A DNA stretch of 64,000 bases from Octopus sinensis (GCF_006345805.1 NC_043012.1:39246001-39310000); one strand, 5' to 3'; counted from the stretch's first letter, positions 25,684-39,530 are shown. Translations and numbers: made by a program. Notes: generated by a model from the letters alone, not told the origin.

Positions 25684-27176
25684 TACATGTGAGTTCTCTA
25701 GACATCCTAGTGGTTGAGGCTATACTCATGAAGTGATGTAGATAATTAAGTAACATAAACAGATTTCCAAAGTTCATTAAAGTTCTTTAAAGATGATGTA
25801 CAGTCTTATCACAGCATTTTAAAAAAGTTTTAATAGCATCACAGAGAAGGTGACCTAATCCATAGTGCACATATGAATTTCCAGAGATATGAGGAGGGAT
25901 TACATACTCACAGACGACAAATTTATCCATTGTTAATCACAACGAGGTGGGTCTCAATTCCTGCTTATTAGCATTACAGAGAGGGTGAATTAATCCTTTG
26001 TATAGATGCACAATTTCCAATTGTGTAGATGTAAATTTCCAGAGAAATGAAGAGGAATTTCATATTCACAGGCGATAAATTATCAATGGTTGAACACAAT
26101 GAGGTAGGTATCAATTCTTGTTATATGATTAGGTATTTGCCACATTAATCACATTACTGCTATTTACAAGAGGCTGTAGCTATTTAACTTTTAAAGGCTG
26201 AAGGGCTTTCTAGAGAGGCAAAGAACAGAAAAAGGGGAAGGGAAGAGAAGAAAAGAGAGAAAATAAAGGAGGAGGGAGCAAAAGGGGGGGGAGGGGGACT
26301 AAAAGAGAAGAGAAAAGGAAAAAGAGAATAAGAAGAAGAAAAAGAAAAAAGAGAAAGAGAAAGAAATAGGGAAAGAAGGGAAAAAAAGAAAAGAAAAAAA
26401 GAGGGTTCTAGTTATACAGAAGAATTAGTAGACGGCAAGTCTGGTTTTAATTTACAGGCATCTAGGAACTAGAGGAGAATATTATTCCTTGACCAGTAAA
26501 ACAGCTAATTTATTGCTGTTGAAATCAGCTATGAATGGTAAAACATACATACTCTTCTCTTTTAGTCCCCCCCCCTTTTTGCTCCCTCCTCCTTTATTTT
26601 CTCTCTTTTCTTCTCTTCCCTTCCCCTTTTTCTGTTCTTTGCCTCTCTAGAAAGCCCTTCAGCCTTTAAAAGTTAAATAGCTACAGCCTCTTGTAAATAG
26701 CAGTAATGTGATTAATGTGGCAAATACCTAATCATATAACAAGAATTGATACCTACCTCATTGTGTTCAACCATTGATAAATTTATCGCCTGTGAATATG
26801 AAATTCCTCTTCATTTCTCTGGAAATTTACATCTACACCATTGGAAATTGTGCATCTATACAAGGATTAATTCACCCTCTCTGTAATGCTAATAAGCAGG
26901 AATTGAGACCCACCTCGTTGTGATTAACAATGGATAAATTTGTCGTCTGTGAGTATGTAATCCCTCCTCATATCTCTGGAAATTCATATGTGCACTATGG
27001 ATTAGGTCACCTTCTCTGTGATGCTATTAAAACTTTTTTAAAATTCTGTGATAAGACTGTACATCATCTTTAAAGAACTTTAATGAACTTTGGAAATCTG
27101 TTTATGTTACTTAATTATCTACATCACTTCATGAGTATAGCCTCAACCACTAGGATGTCTAGAGAACTCACATGTA

Positions 27177-27267
27177 TTTTAGCTGATGAGTACGGGACAC
27201 GTTTATATGCTGTAATTTTTGCAACTTTTAATAAAGCCTGTCCTTGTATGAAACGATTGTACTAAAA
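27177..27267 (+). ncRNA. Putative type I hammerhead ribozyme (intact core)
   Basis: Helix I TTTTAG/CTAAAA (6 bp); CTGATGA 27183-27189; helix II GTAC.GGGAC / GTCC.TT.GTAT; GAAAC 27250-27254; helix III AC-GATT-GT; GTA triplet 27259-27261. Confidence 0.75.
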
Positions 27268-27298
27268 ACCTATCCATTCTTGTTGCTTCTTTCTCGCG

Positions 27299-27329
<31 letters not shown>

Positions 27330-27529
27330 CTAAATGCTACACTATGTTCGTTAAATTATAAATTGAAAGATTTGTCCTTGAATGTATGATGAGCAAAATT
27401 TCATATGGTCCATACTTGAAAAAGAGACTTTATGTATTGAAGTTACAGATGACAAAATACAGACTGACAACCACTGAGTCTGTTGTCTGATCTTCAATTG
27501 ATTTAGTGTAATATCTCACTGATATTAAA

Positions 27530-28140
27530 CTCTCTCTCTCTCGCTCTCTCACTTTCTCCCCATTCATCACCCTCTTGTACTGTCTTATGTCCCTCCTCAC
27601 CACTACACACCCAATAACACTATTAAATGGTCAAAACTTTTTCACAGGAACTTAGTTCGATTTGAAAACCCCACTAGAGTGGGAGAAAGCGCTAATATAT
27701 GATCTAAGTTATATGATGTATAAAAATATGTAATATACAAATAAATATCTGTAAATATAAAACCATCCGAATTTCTGAGTATCTCATTTCTTCTAATATA
27801 AAATACCTGTACATCATCTCCAAACCTTCCAATTAGTCGTAAGACACCTGCTGTTTTTGTCCTGTTTTTACCATTTTTGTTTTTTTGTATTTTATATTCG
27901 TGTGGCATCGTCCGTTTTTCTGTCCCTGTTTCGTATACATTCGATCCTTCTTCCAAGAAATCTAATGCTCGTAGCTTAGTTTTTCCTTGGGGCTGGCCGG
28001 ATCGGAGCTTTTTTTTTAATGTAACGAGGACTAGACGTACCGTGGAAATTATAAAGATGTCACAAAGGATGGAGCCATTGAGAAAGTGAGGACAACAAGT
28101 GAATGCTCGAAGAGAATAAAGAAAATCGCTCATTAGAACT
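27530..28140 (-). repeat. Interspersed repeat (possible pLTR-derived) with a decayed hammerhead-like motif
   Basis: 27530-27830 is the inverse of 23917-24220; hammerhead-like relic at 27917-27960. Confidence 0.55.
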
Positions 28141-29703
28141 TTCAGACTTCACCAGCATCCCTCACAAAACTCCTTTCTCAGTGAAAGTCCTAACACATCT
28201 ATTTAGCATTGTGATCTGGTCCAACACCTTAACAAGATGGATGTAATAACTTGGAAATTAATCAGCGTTGCTGTAAGATTTCAACGTCGGTGGGGAAGTT
28301 GACGGTTTATATTTATCACGCAGAGAAAGCGAGGACAATATTCAAATACAAAAACAATGCGCACGCACATACAGGCACACATACACACACGCATGCATAT
28401 ATATATACACACATAGGCACACACATATATATACATATTCATATATAGACACACATACAGGCACATAGATATACACAAGAAGCGATACATTCAATTTGTC
28501 CTTGAATCTGTATAAACATACCAGGACACCTGGTTGTAATCTGAAGCAACATGTCCAGCCGAGAGAATTATTGATGAAAATATTAACAACAGGGAAGAAA
28601 GTGTCCTGGAGATATTGCATTTCCTTGAGGCCAGATATGTTAAACAGATCAATGTGGAGTATTGTGGAGATAGGAAAAAACGGCACAAATTGAATATATA
28701 GAGACCGATGGACAAAAACAAGATTCTAAGAACATGAGAAAAATATTTACCAAAATCATACAAAAAGAAGATGCACACTTGACATGAGTGTGATCGGAAA
28801 ATTACAAAAACCAAAAACTGACAAAAACTAAATACAGAACTTTAATGATAAGCTTGGAAATCTAATAATCAGACCACTTTTCGCTTTCTACCTAATATTA
28901 GTGTAACAAGAGGATGGGTGCCAATTGGCATTGATCAAGTTATGTTGGGAATTGGAGTCTTCGACAAAACGCGAAGTTCCATAATTCCAAACCTAGAGAT
29001 GATCACGATATCTGGATAAAAATACAGGAATTTCTAGAAGTTGATTGAGTGAATCTGTACACAAAGAGCGAGAGAGATTACACAACCCGCTTTCATCGCG
29101 CACACACACACGCACGCGCCACAAGAGATACACATACATGATTGTATATGACCTTGTCAGGCGGGGTCGCCGTGCAGTCACATGAATACCCTTTAAACGT
29201 AATCAAAAAAGGCAATTAACATTGAAAATTGTGACAAAACCATAATAGAAATATATAAACTATGTAAAACATTGGGATCTAGGCGTAAGTCCAGCAACTT
29301 CGGAGAAGGATCGATGTCGTAACAATGCCCAACTGGTACCCATTTCATCGACTGCAATAGGACGAAAGCTAAAGTCGACTTTAATGGAGTTTATCTTGTA
29401 ATTAGACACGCAAAATGCACGCATATATAGACATATATAACAACACATACACACTGACGCATGTATATGTGAACGCAGAAAATACCCAGCTTTCTCTCTA
29501 GACATTCACTCGATTAGGTTTACTATTTATTATTTATAAATTAGTAAACATATTTATATTATTTATTTATATCATTATGTATATGTATATTTTTATATGT
29601 ATAAGAGTGTGAGTATAGGCACTCATATGTATATGTATATGTTGTATTATGGGTATGCACCCACACCCATGTGGGTATATATGTAGACTGATTTATATTA
29701 CAT

Positions 29704-29835
29704 AATCTCCGAAGAGGCCTTATGATATTTTTGTAAATGTCTCATTTATATCTATATATTGACCTACCATAAAAGGCTAATATTTGTAAAATGAGACATA
29801 CTTATCTACATGGCCGAAACAGCTGTAAGATGTAA
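29704..29835 (+). ncRNA. Hammerhead ribozyme-like motif with one core substitution
   Basis: ATCT-CCGAAGA-GGCC...GGCC-GAAAC-AGCT-GT-A-AGAT; U4 is C; large loop II contains the TGTCTCATTT/AAATGAGACA hairpin. Confidence 0.55.
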
Positions 29836-30249
29836 TCTATGCTTATATTTATATTTACTTATATTTATATTCTCTTTTATATATATATTCTACTTATTAT
29901 ACAACATTACTCTTTTATGTACACTTTTTATGTACATTCCTTTATGTACACTGATTTGTTCTGCTTTTTATATTTAACCCTACAGTCTCTTATGTGGTGG
30001 TTTAATAAAGTATGTGATTGAGTATTATCTGGTAATTGATATTTGATTTAGATGTATTTCTCCATTTTCTTATCTTGTATTAGTAATTTGTGGTAAATCA
30101 TTTTACCTTTGCCCATATAATACAGTAAATGAATTGGTTGCATCACAATCATTAACATTTATGTATTAACTTTGTTGGGTACTTCACTAGCAGTATATTG
30201 AATATATGTTATCCCATGGAGGGTTGCATTTAAAACCTCTATCTCAATT

Positions 30250-30312
<63 letters not shown>

Positions 30313-30324
30313 GATATAGATATA

Positions 30325-30499
30325 TACATACATATGCGACGGGCCTCTTTAAGTTTCCGTCTACAAAATCCACTCAAAATACATTGGTCGGCCCGAGACT
30401 GTAATAGAAGACAACTGCCTAAAGTGCCACGCAGTGGGACTGAACCCGGGACCATGTGGCTGGTAAGCAAACTACATACCACACAGCTACTCATACGCT

Positions 30500-30538
<39 letters not shown>

Positions 30539-30860
30539 ACCTTGATTCTTTTCTTTGTTTCAGTCATATGACTGCGGGAATACTAGAGCACCGCATTTAG
30601 TCAAACAAATCTACCCGAGGACCTATTCTTTGTCCACCGACCAACATCTGTTGCCAAGCGATAGTAGGTTGGGGCACAAACACAGACACCCAAATACATA
30701 CTTATATATACATATACGACGGGGTTTCTTTCAGTTTTCGCCGACCAATTCTATAGTCGGTCCCAGGATATAGCGCAGCATAGCTGTCAAGGTGCCACAT
30801 AGTGGCACTGAACTTGGAACCATGTGGTTGGGAAACAAGCTCCTTACTACACAGCTACTC
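30325..30860 (-). mobile_element. Two SINE family B copies
   Basis: Reverse-complement family B motifs (CCACGCAGTGGGACTGAACCCGG, TTTCAGTCATATGACTGCGG) at ~30325-30490 and 30545-30860. Confidence 0.8.
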
Positions 30861-30881
30861 CTGAATATGTATATATGTATT

Positions 30882-30912
<31 letters not shown>

Positions 30913-30990
30913 ATGCATATGTACATATATATATATATATGCATATATAACATATATATACATATATATATGTGTGTGTGTGTATGCATA

Positions 30991-31032
<42 letters not shown>

Positions 31033-31587
31033 CATATATATGCATATATATATATATGTGTGTATGTGTGTGTGTGTGTACATGTATCAAAGCATAGCTT
31101 TCCCATTGTAGAAGGCGATGCAGGCATTCTGGCTGTAATTACTTTGTTATATTCCGTTCTGTTGTTTGTCTGTTCCTCCTTATTATTCTGCTGAGTCGAC
31201 TTACCCAAACAACTTGTTAATATTTTAATATTTTACTCTTGCAACACCTAAACACCAATGTATAATATTAATGGAACTGATGGCAAGAGCGAAAATGGTA
31301 AAAACACAAATATTTTCAAGTAATACACAAAGAAATCAATAATAAAAAGAAGAAGTTATTTCTTTGTGTTCTTTGCCGGCAGAGTGTTGATTTAATCATA
31401 AAAAAGAAAACAAAAATGTTTGTTTTTCCCAAACCGGAGTTATGTGTTGTGTGCGACTATTATTTGTGTTTTTATACGCATTTAGAAAAAAAAAGACCCA
31501 CACATTTCAGAGGTAAATTCTCTCTTTCTGAGCATATAGATGCGTGTGTGTGTGTTCATAATTGTGCACATTGATATATGTATGTAT

Positions 31588-31626
<39 letters not shown>

Positions 31627-32363
31627 CATATACATATGCACATTGGTATTCTATAAATTTTCATATTCTGTATATACATACATACTTATATGTAAATGCG
31701 CATTTAGATTTATAGAATTATTTGTACATATATACATATATAGTCACGTTATGATGTAAAACCGAAACTATATCTATTTATACGTATATACATACATTCA
31801 TACATACATACATTATATATATGTCTGTGTGTGTGCATGCGTACGTTCGAGTGCATGCGTGTGAATAGGTATACATATTAATACACATACACATATATAT
31901 ATGTATATATTTATGTACATACAGGCACACAAATATATATATATATATATTATATATATATATATATATACTATTTCGACTAAATAGCTTCCTGCTTCTT
32001 TCCAAAAGAGAGACATATTGTGTCCGGCATAACGTTTTTTGTTCACTTAGAAGCCAGTTACGTGTACAGAAAATTTAATAAGATCTAAGAAAATATAGAT
32101 ATGGAAACAATTGTACAAGCTATGGTGGCTTTCTACTAAAGACTTTTATTTTCGTTTCGTTATGTCAAAAGAAAATATTACATATGTTGATTTCTGCATC
32201 TGCGGGACTTACTTTAACAATAGATTGCTGAAATTCTATTAAATCTATGTATGTATGTATGTATGTACGAACGTGTGTATGAATATATGGAGGTAGGTAG
32301 GTAGGTAAGTAGGTAGTTACGTTAGTATATAGGTAGATGTATATATACATATAAACTTTGGCT

Positions 32364-32424
<61 letters not shown>

Positions 32425-33128
32425 ATGTGTATATATGCATGTTTTTGTATATTAACGTTTATGTTTGCATGTATGGTTTTCTTTTAATACGGCCGGAGAT
32501 ACATCAGTTTATATACGTGTGTCACATGTGTGTGTGCGTGAGTACATGTGCACATATGTATATATGATAGTGGGTGTGTGTAGTTATGTATGCGCATCGT
32601 GTTTATGTGTTTACAATTATATATATGTGTATGATGTGTGTGATGTGTGTGTATGCGGGTGTGCGGATTCATGTGTATGTGTGTCAGTGTGGAGGTGTAT
32701 AATAAATTTGATAAACATTTGAGCGAAACTCACTCGCACTCACATGTCCATAGGGACCTAGGCAGTCAAGAGGTATAATTGAAGTAGACGTATCACATAC
32801 GAATGTTCATGTACACACGCACATACACGCGTCATACATAATCACATATGTATGTGCGTGTGTGTGTGTGTGTGTGTGTGTGCGTGTGTGCGTGTGAGTA
32901 TGTATTTATGTCCAACGACGTCAAATTGAAATATATTGTATTCATACAAAAATAACTAAACAGAAACAATTGCACACATGGACTTAACCACACACACATA
33001 TACACCTATATTTATATATATATATTCTTTGGTTTATGCTTCTCTACTTTGTATCTATCTGAGTATTTACGTGTGGATATATGGTATATGTATGAGTGTG
33101 CCTGTGTCCGTTGATATATATATATATT

Positions 33129-33215
<87 letters not shown>

Positions 33216-34439
33216 CGTGTGTCTCTAAAGTAAAAAAAAGAGTATTCTTATTTTATATTTAGCAGAGCTATTTTATTATAGCTTGTGGTGAGGAAATGAA
33301 AAAAAATATAACGAGAAAATGAAACGCCATAGTTACGCATGTATACGTGGATAGTTTAACATTAAGAATGTACATAAGTGTACGTCTGTGTGTGTATGTG
33401 TGTGTGTGTGTGTGAGTGTGTAAGTCTGTGTTTATGTATGTGTGTGTGTGTATTTCTGTTGTCGCGTGCTCATATATATATATCTAGAAGCGAATATATA
33501 CATATGTGTCTTTGTGTATCAAATTTACAGCCCACTCGTCTTCTGTTGTGCTCTTTGCTGTTCATCCGTTTCGTACACATTCCGCAACAGCACAAGAGAG
33601 AATTTATTTTACATTCATCTCGATCAGAAAGTGAATTACTTTCGTTTTGAAAGTAATAACATCGCTTTAGCCACCAAACACTCTCACAGGCTGCTTCCTT
33701 CCCGCTGTAAATGTATGTGTGTGTTTTTGCACGCACGTGTGCGTGTGCGTGTGTGTATATATATGTGTGTATATGTCTTTGTCGTGACATTCATCCTTCT
33801 ATGTAACCCTATTTCTTTCTCTTTCTAACTATGTATTCCTTACATATGTATCTCTCGATTTTCCTATCCAGATATCTCTTTACCTATTTAGCCATCTGCC
33901 TATCTCTTTATCAATCTATCTTTAATTCAAACAAATTACATCCACCTATTTTTAGACCCTACATTTTGCAATGGTGCACTTACGCCTCGTCAAAATACTG
34001 ATACAAATTTCGTTTGCAGCATTATCCTTAATCCTTGTGTCGTCTGCATCTTTGTCTGTAATTTAAAAATTATTGTCATTTGATAGAACCGCACATTGAG
34101 CAATTTTATAATTTTACAATATTCCACCTCGAGAAATTTGATTTGAATTTGATTTTATATGTTGTAGTGTGCTATATGTAATTTAAATTTCGATAATTTA
34201 CTAATTCGTAGGTTGTACTTTAGTATCTAAGTAATTTTGTAGCGTTCCATTTTGCCTATTTCTATTTCTAGACTTACACACACCTATTTACCTATAATCA
34301 TTGCATTCAAATTTTATGTACATCTTAGCATTTCATTTCTACAGTTCAAATATCTGCATCTAAACTCCCGCATTTTGTATTTTCGAAATTTTACCTTTTC
34401 CAGTTCACATATTTTGCCATAATACAAGGTCATTCAGGC

Positions 34440-34653
34440 GACGCGCTGGCATTTGTGTCAGGCGAAATGCTTGACGGTATTTCGCTTGACGGCGACGAAC
34501 TGGCAGAGGCGTTGGCACGCCGGGCGAAATTACGTTCTGAGTTCAAATTCCGCCGAGGTCGACTTTGCCTTTCATCCTTTCGGGGTCGATAAACTAAGTA
34601 CCAGCTGTGTACTGGGGTCGATCAAAACTTCGGGCCTTGTGACTAAAGTAGAA

Positions 34654-34711
<58 letters not shown>

Positions 34712-34712
34712 T
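34440..34712 (+). mobile_element. SINE family A copy with rearranged head and (AAT)n tail
   Basis: GAGTTCAAATTCCGCCGAGGTCGACTTTGCCTTTCATCCTTTCGGGGTCGATAAACTAAGTACCAG. Confidence 0.85.
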
Positions 34713-34780
34713 AATACATCAGCAAAAAAAGAAATAACTTAGGAAGGAGAAGGCAGGGTTTGGTTCAAAATTCTCCGAGG

Positions 34781-34824
34781 ACACCCGATGAAGGCGGAGA
34801 GTAAATCAGCCGAAACGTGATGGT
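34781..34824 (+). ncRNA. Decayed minimal hammerhead motif
   Basis: CCGATGA-A-GGC...GCC-GAAAC-GT-G; U4 is C and position 17 is G, so predicted inactive. Confidence 0.4.
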
Positions 34825-35486
34825 AACAATACAGAAGAGGTGGACAAATATCCGTCTAATGTAAATAATGTAAATAATGTACAGAACTCCTCATCTCAAA
34901 AATATAGAACAGAATAGTAGTAGAAGTGACTCTCGCCCGCCCCGATTACTGGAGTCATAATCCCTACTATTTTAACATGTGGGTTGCAGTTCAGAAAGTA
35001 ACCAACCCCTTTCTTTGTAGGAGGCAACGCAGAGATCGTGGCCAAAATCAAGGAGGGGTACAAAGATATCCCTTAGGGCACAGTGAGGAACGCACGCACT
35101 AGAACTGTCCCGAGGGCCTGGTTGAAGGTGAAAGGTTCTGCTTTGTATAAACCGTTACTCACTACTCATAATCTGGGTGATTATCTTTCTTTTTTTTTGA
35201 AATATTTTAATTTTGGTTGGAATATTGTGTTTTCTTTTGAAAGCTGTCGAATTTAACCCAAACACAGGTAAAGCTTACCTGGAGACACTAGGCGTGTCCT
35301 TAAAACGTGACTATACGACACTTCCAATTTATGAGACTACATGTAGCTCATAACTATGTACTGTGTACATCAAATAATACATACAAACATATATATATAC
35401 ATAAGGTGATTTGGTTCACTACTCTATATTTCAATCAATCTCGTTTAACTCCTCGCCTCCTATTCCCTTTACTGCCTCTTTCTCCA

Positions 35487-35580
<94 letters not shown>

Positions 35581-36099
35581 TATGTATCTATCTCAGTCAA
35601 TCATTTTCCAAATCAGTTTTCTATGCCACCGAATCTGCTTTCACCGATGCAATAACCCTATTCTATATATGATCGTGTATAAAAATCTCAATTCGCATTT
35701 GCATAGGTAAAACACATGTGCACACATGCATATATATATATATATATGAATATGCGTGTGAGTGCTTGATATTTGTACGCATATGTGTGTGTATTTGTCA
35801 TTTGTACACATACACTGCCTTCCGTGTAAATAGCACTCAAACTATTCAGTAGAGTTGTTATGAATCCTTAAATATAATTTATTCTCCATTTTTGGCGATT
35901 TTCTACTTTTGTCTTTTCTTCTTTGGCCTTTTTCTACTGTCCTCAAACAAATATATATTTTCAAACATCGTGACTGCTTTCCTCCTGATGTCTAACACCA
36001 AAAGAACATGAATATTATATATGTTTATCTGTCTGCTTGTCTCTCTTTCTTATTTTATGATTTTTAGCATGTTATGAGTAACACCATGTTAGGTCTTTC

Positions 36100-36530
36100 A
36101 GTTTGAAAATTAAGAATTATTACCATGGTAACATTTAGACATAATCTCTTTCTTATCATATTGGATTCCTGGTTTAAGATTTCCTTCATTTTCTGTGATG
36201 CAAAGTTGGCATTTTTGGATTCCTTTATGCGTTTAGATTATTTATGTTATAAGGGCAGAGTTGAAACATCAATCTGCCATTTCCTGTTCTTGGAGAAAGC
36301 AATGCCGACCCATGTCCTTAATCCTGATGGTAAATACGTGGATAAAGTAACTGCGCTTGAATTACGCTGTGTTCACAATGATACTTGTTTTGCAATTTTC
36401 TCACAAATGTCTCGCTGTATTAAGCTTCATCTATGTACTGTTTTTGTGCTCAAGTAACTCTCCTTTTCAGAACATTTAGGCTTTTCTTTTCATCCGAGAT
36501 CGCGATTGTTGTTCTCCTTCGTAGCTAAGT
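36100..36530 (-). pseudogene. Highly degenerate Penelope-like GIY-YIG C-terminal region
   Basis: Frameshifted pieces KQYIDEA, TLSTYL, RKWQI and GIQKCQLCITENEGNLKPGIQYDKKEIMSKCYHGN resemble the PLE C-terminal CxLCxxEK...EIxSKCxH motif. Confidence 0.45.
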
Positions 36531-37260
36531 GTAGTAAAATTATTAAATAATTTTCGTTAAAAAAGAAGTTATACTTTATAAATATTACGTTGCACTTGAA
36601 AGTAAGGAAGGCTTTCTAACTGAATTATAAGGGAGATCAATTCTCAGCGGGTCAACCGGATACGAATTACTTAAGGCTACGTTAAGAGTTGAAACATTCT
36701 AAAATGAAAAGAGACCTTTTTCAAAAACATCTTAAGAAAATTTTAAATATTCTTTAGCTTAAAATACCCTCAAGCATACATATATCATATAAAATAACAT
36801 GAAATAATATATATATACATATATATATATATAATATTCCATTGAATTAAATTTGATTATATTACATATTACATTAGCATATCTTTTCTTTTTCTGAATC
36901 AAAGAAATAGTGACAAGAATGAACTTCAATAGATAGTACGAATCATTGATGTTTAAAAGTAATGTTATGTGTCCTACTTTACTATACGTTTTGTATGCAG
37001 AAGGTGTCATAACATATTTTCAATTCAGTCATTACCGGAGGCTTTGTAGTGATGAGGCTTCAAGTCTAAGATCTTTGATATAAGTAGCACGTGATCATTT
37101 GTTGTACGCTTAACTGCATGACCACACAAAGAACTAAACACTAAAGCAAACACTAAAACGACGCATTTCTTTCTCTCGCTTTTTCTCTCTCTGTCTCTCT
37201 GTCTGTTTGTCTCTCTCTCCCCCTCTCTCTCTGTCTCTGTATATATACATATATATATAC

Positions 37261-37367
<107 letters not shown>

Positions 37368-37872
37368 TGTATGTGCAAAAATTGAATGCATCAATAATCA
37401 AGTTTAATATGTGTACATCTCCATACATACATACGTACAAACACACACGAATAACCAGATACATGAACCCGCACAAACACACAAATACACACCCGCACAC
37501 ACACGCACACGCACACACGCACACAGAAATGCGCACGCTCACAACAACAGCTTACGCACACAAACACAGTCGCGCGCGCGAGTTTATATATGCATTAACA
37601 AACTGTGTAATTATCATGTTATCTCAATGGTGATTCAGTTGAAAATCGATAGATATGGTTTTAAACTCCAGTAAATAACTAAACTCGTACTTTCGCTTTC
37701 GTTTTTATTTGTGGTTTAGGTATTTGCAGGGGATTTAGCAGAAATCAGTTACCATAAACACAAATACATATTTGTGCCTATAAATACAACGTCCTCCTCC
37801 CAAACAAGCTTGCTAGGTTTTTATCATATATGTGCCGTTTAAAACGGTTTGGGAGAATATATATGTGAAAGT

Positions 37873-37924
<52 letters not shown>

Positions 37925-38171
37925 TTAAATATTTAGATATTTAAATATATATATATATGCATACACATATATATACACATATATATATATATCCATACAT
38001 ATGTATATATATATATATATATCTGTTTATGTGTATATCAATACAATATACGAATTTATATGTATATATACACATAAATACGCATATATGTATATATGTA
38101 TATATGTGTATGCATGTATATATACATGTATTTATATATATATATATATGCATATATACATATTTATATGC

Positions 38172-38202
<31 letters not shown>

Positions 38203-38246
38203 AAACGTACACACACACACACACACACACATACACACACACACAT

Positions 38247-38279
<33 letters not shown>

Positions 38280-39339
38280 CATATATTGTTGTTTGAGGTT
38301 TTTTCAGTCAATGTGTTTGCAGCTCTGTAACGGCTTGTTACCACATTTGTAGTCTTTTAATGTTGTTCAAAGACTCGAACAAAAAACAAGAACAGTAACA
38401 ATGTCATCAACGAGGGAAATAACAACAACAACAGCAAAGACAACAACAACAAACAATAATAACAATAACAATAATAATAACAATAATGGCAATGATAATC
38501 GTAACAGTAATACTATGAACACTGATAACAGCAGGAAAAGCATGAGCTACAATAATATTAATAACGTTAATAGCAACAACTACAACAATTATGAAAATGG
38601 TAAGATTTATATGAAGATCAAAGTCTTTGATCGATTTTCATATAACACATTATTAAATATTTGATTTTTTCTACAACAGACAAAACCCTCTTCACTTGAT
38701 AACTTTATTCTCAGTTTAGGCAGGAAGAAATTAAACATGAATTTTTGAACATCATATAGTGAGAGTAAAAAACAAAATGCTATACCTACTGACTTTGTCA
38801 ATAACAACAACAACAACAACAATAATAATAATAATAATAATAATAACAACAACAACAACAACAACAATAATAATAATAATAATAATAATAAATATAATAA
38901 TAATAATAATAATAAATATAATAATAATAATAATAAATATAATAAAAATAATGATAATTAATAGTCGACATCCAATACAATAATGCATGGCATATATGAC
39001 CAAGAACTCGAATTTACACAATTTCTAACCAATAATAAAAACATAACCCACGCAGAATATGGTATAAACACAACTTACGCGACACATGTTCTGCAGTCTG
39101 CCTTCAAAATTACACGTTCTTCACAAAATTTGTACAGCATATTATTCAATACAAAAGATACACAACACAAGTTCTACATTTATCCCACACCTCACATGCG
39201 CTATGTATATCCTACTTAATTCATAGTCTAAACACAACACAATCCTTACACAATTTGTATACTCTGCACTTCACATTGTCTATATACACAACATATGCCA
39301 CACTCTACACACTATATATTTCCTTGACATATTGCTTTC

Positions 39340-39530
39340 AAACTTTAGCACAAGACCAGCAATTTCTGGGGAGAGGTACGTTGACTTCATTAATCAATTA
39401 GCACATATTTTATCGATCCCGAAAGGATGAAAGGCGAAGTCAAAATCAGTGGAATTTGAACTCAGAACATAAAGACGGGCGAAATGCCGCTAAACATTTT
39501 GCCTGGCATGCTAACGATTCTGCCAGTTCG
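39340..39530 (-). mobile_element. SINE family A copy
   Basis: GGAATTTGAACTCAGAAC...CTAACGATTCTGCCAGTTCG. Confidence 0.8.

Larger units (their letters stand above)
25564..27297. mobile_element. 1.74-kb near-perfect inverted repeat; probable young Penelope-like insertion with inverted pLTR
   Basis: Arms 25564-26312 and 26552-27297 differ at only a handful of positions; 239-bp spacer; each arm has a CT-rich start and a hammerhead near its outer end. Confidence 0.7.

Noticed and set aside
25875-26130. 157-bp duplication as a repeat-protein or zinc-finger coding unit
   Set aside because: Stops and frameshifts in every frame, no C2H2 spacing, no synonymous bias
27642-28133. 163-aa minus-strand ORF
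   Set aside because: It runs through a repeat whose other copy (23923-24105) is open only in part; no domain similarity
28480-29000. Possible GIY-YIG or RT remnant
   Set aside because: Only vague resemblance; no diagnostic motif recovered in any frame I read
36125-36457. 110-aa + strand ORF
   Set aside because: No recognisable motif; better explained as the antisense shadow of a decayed Penelope-like sequence
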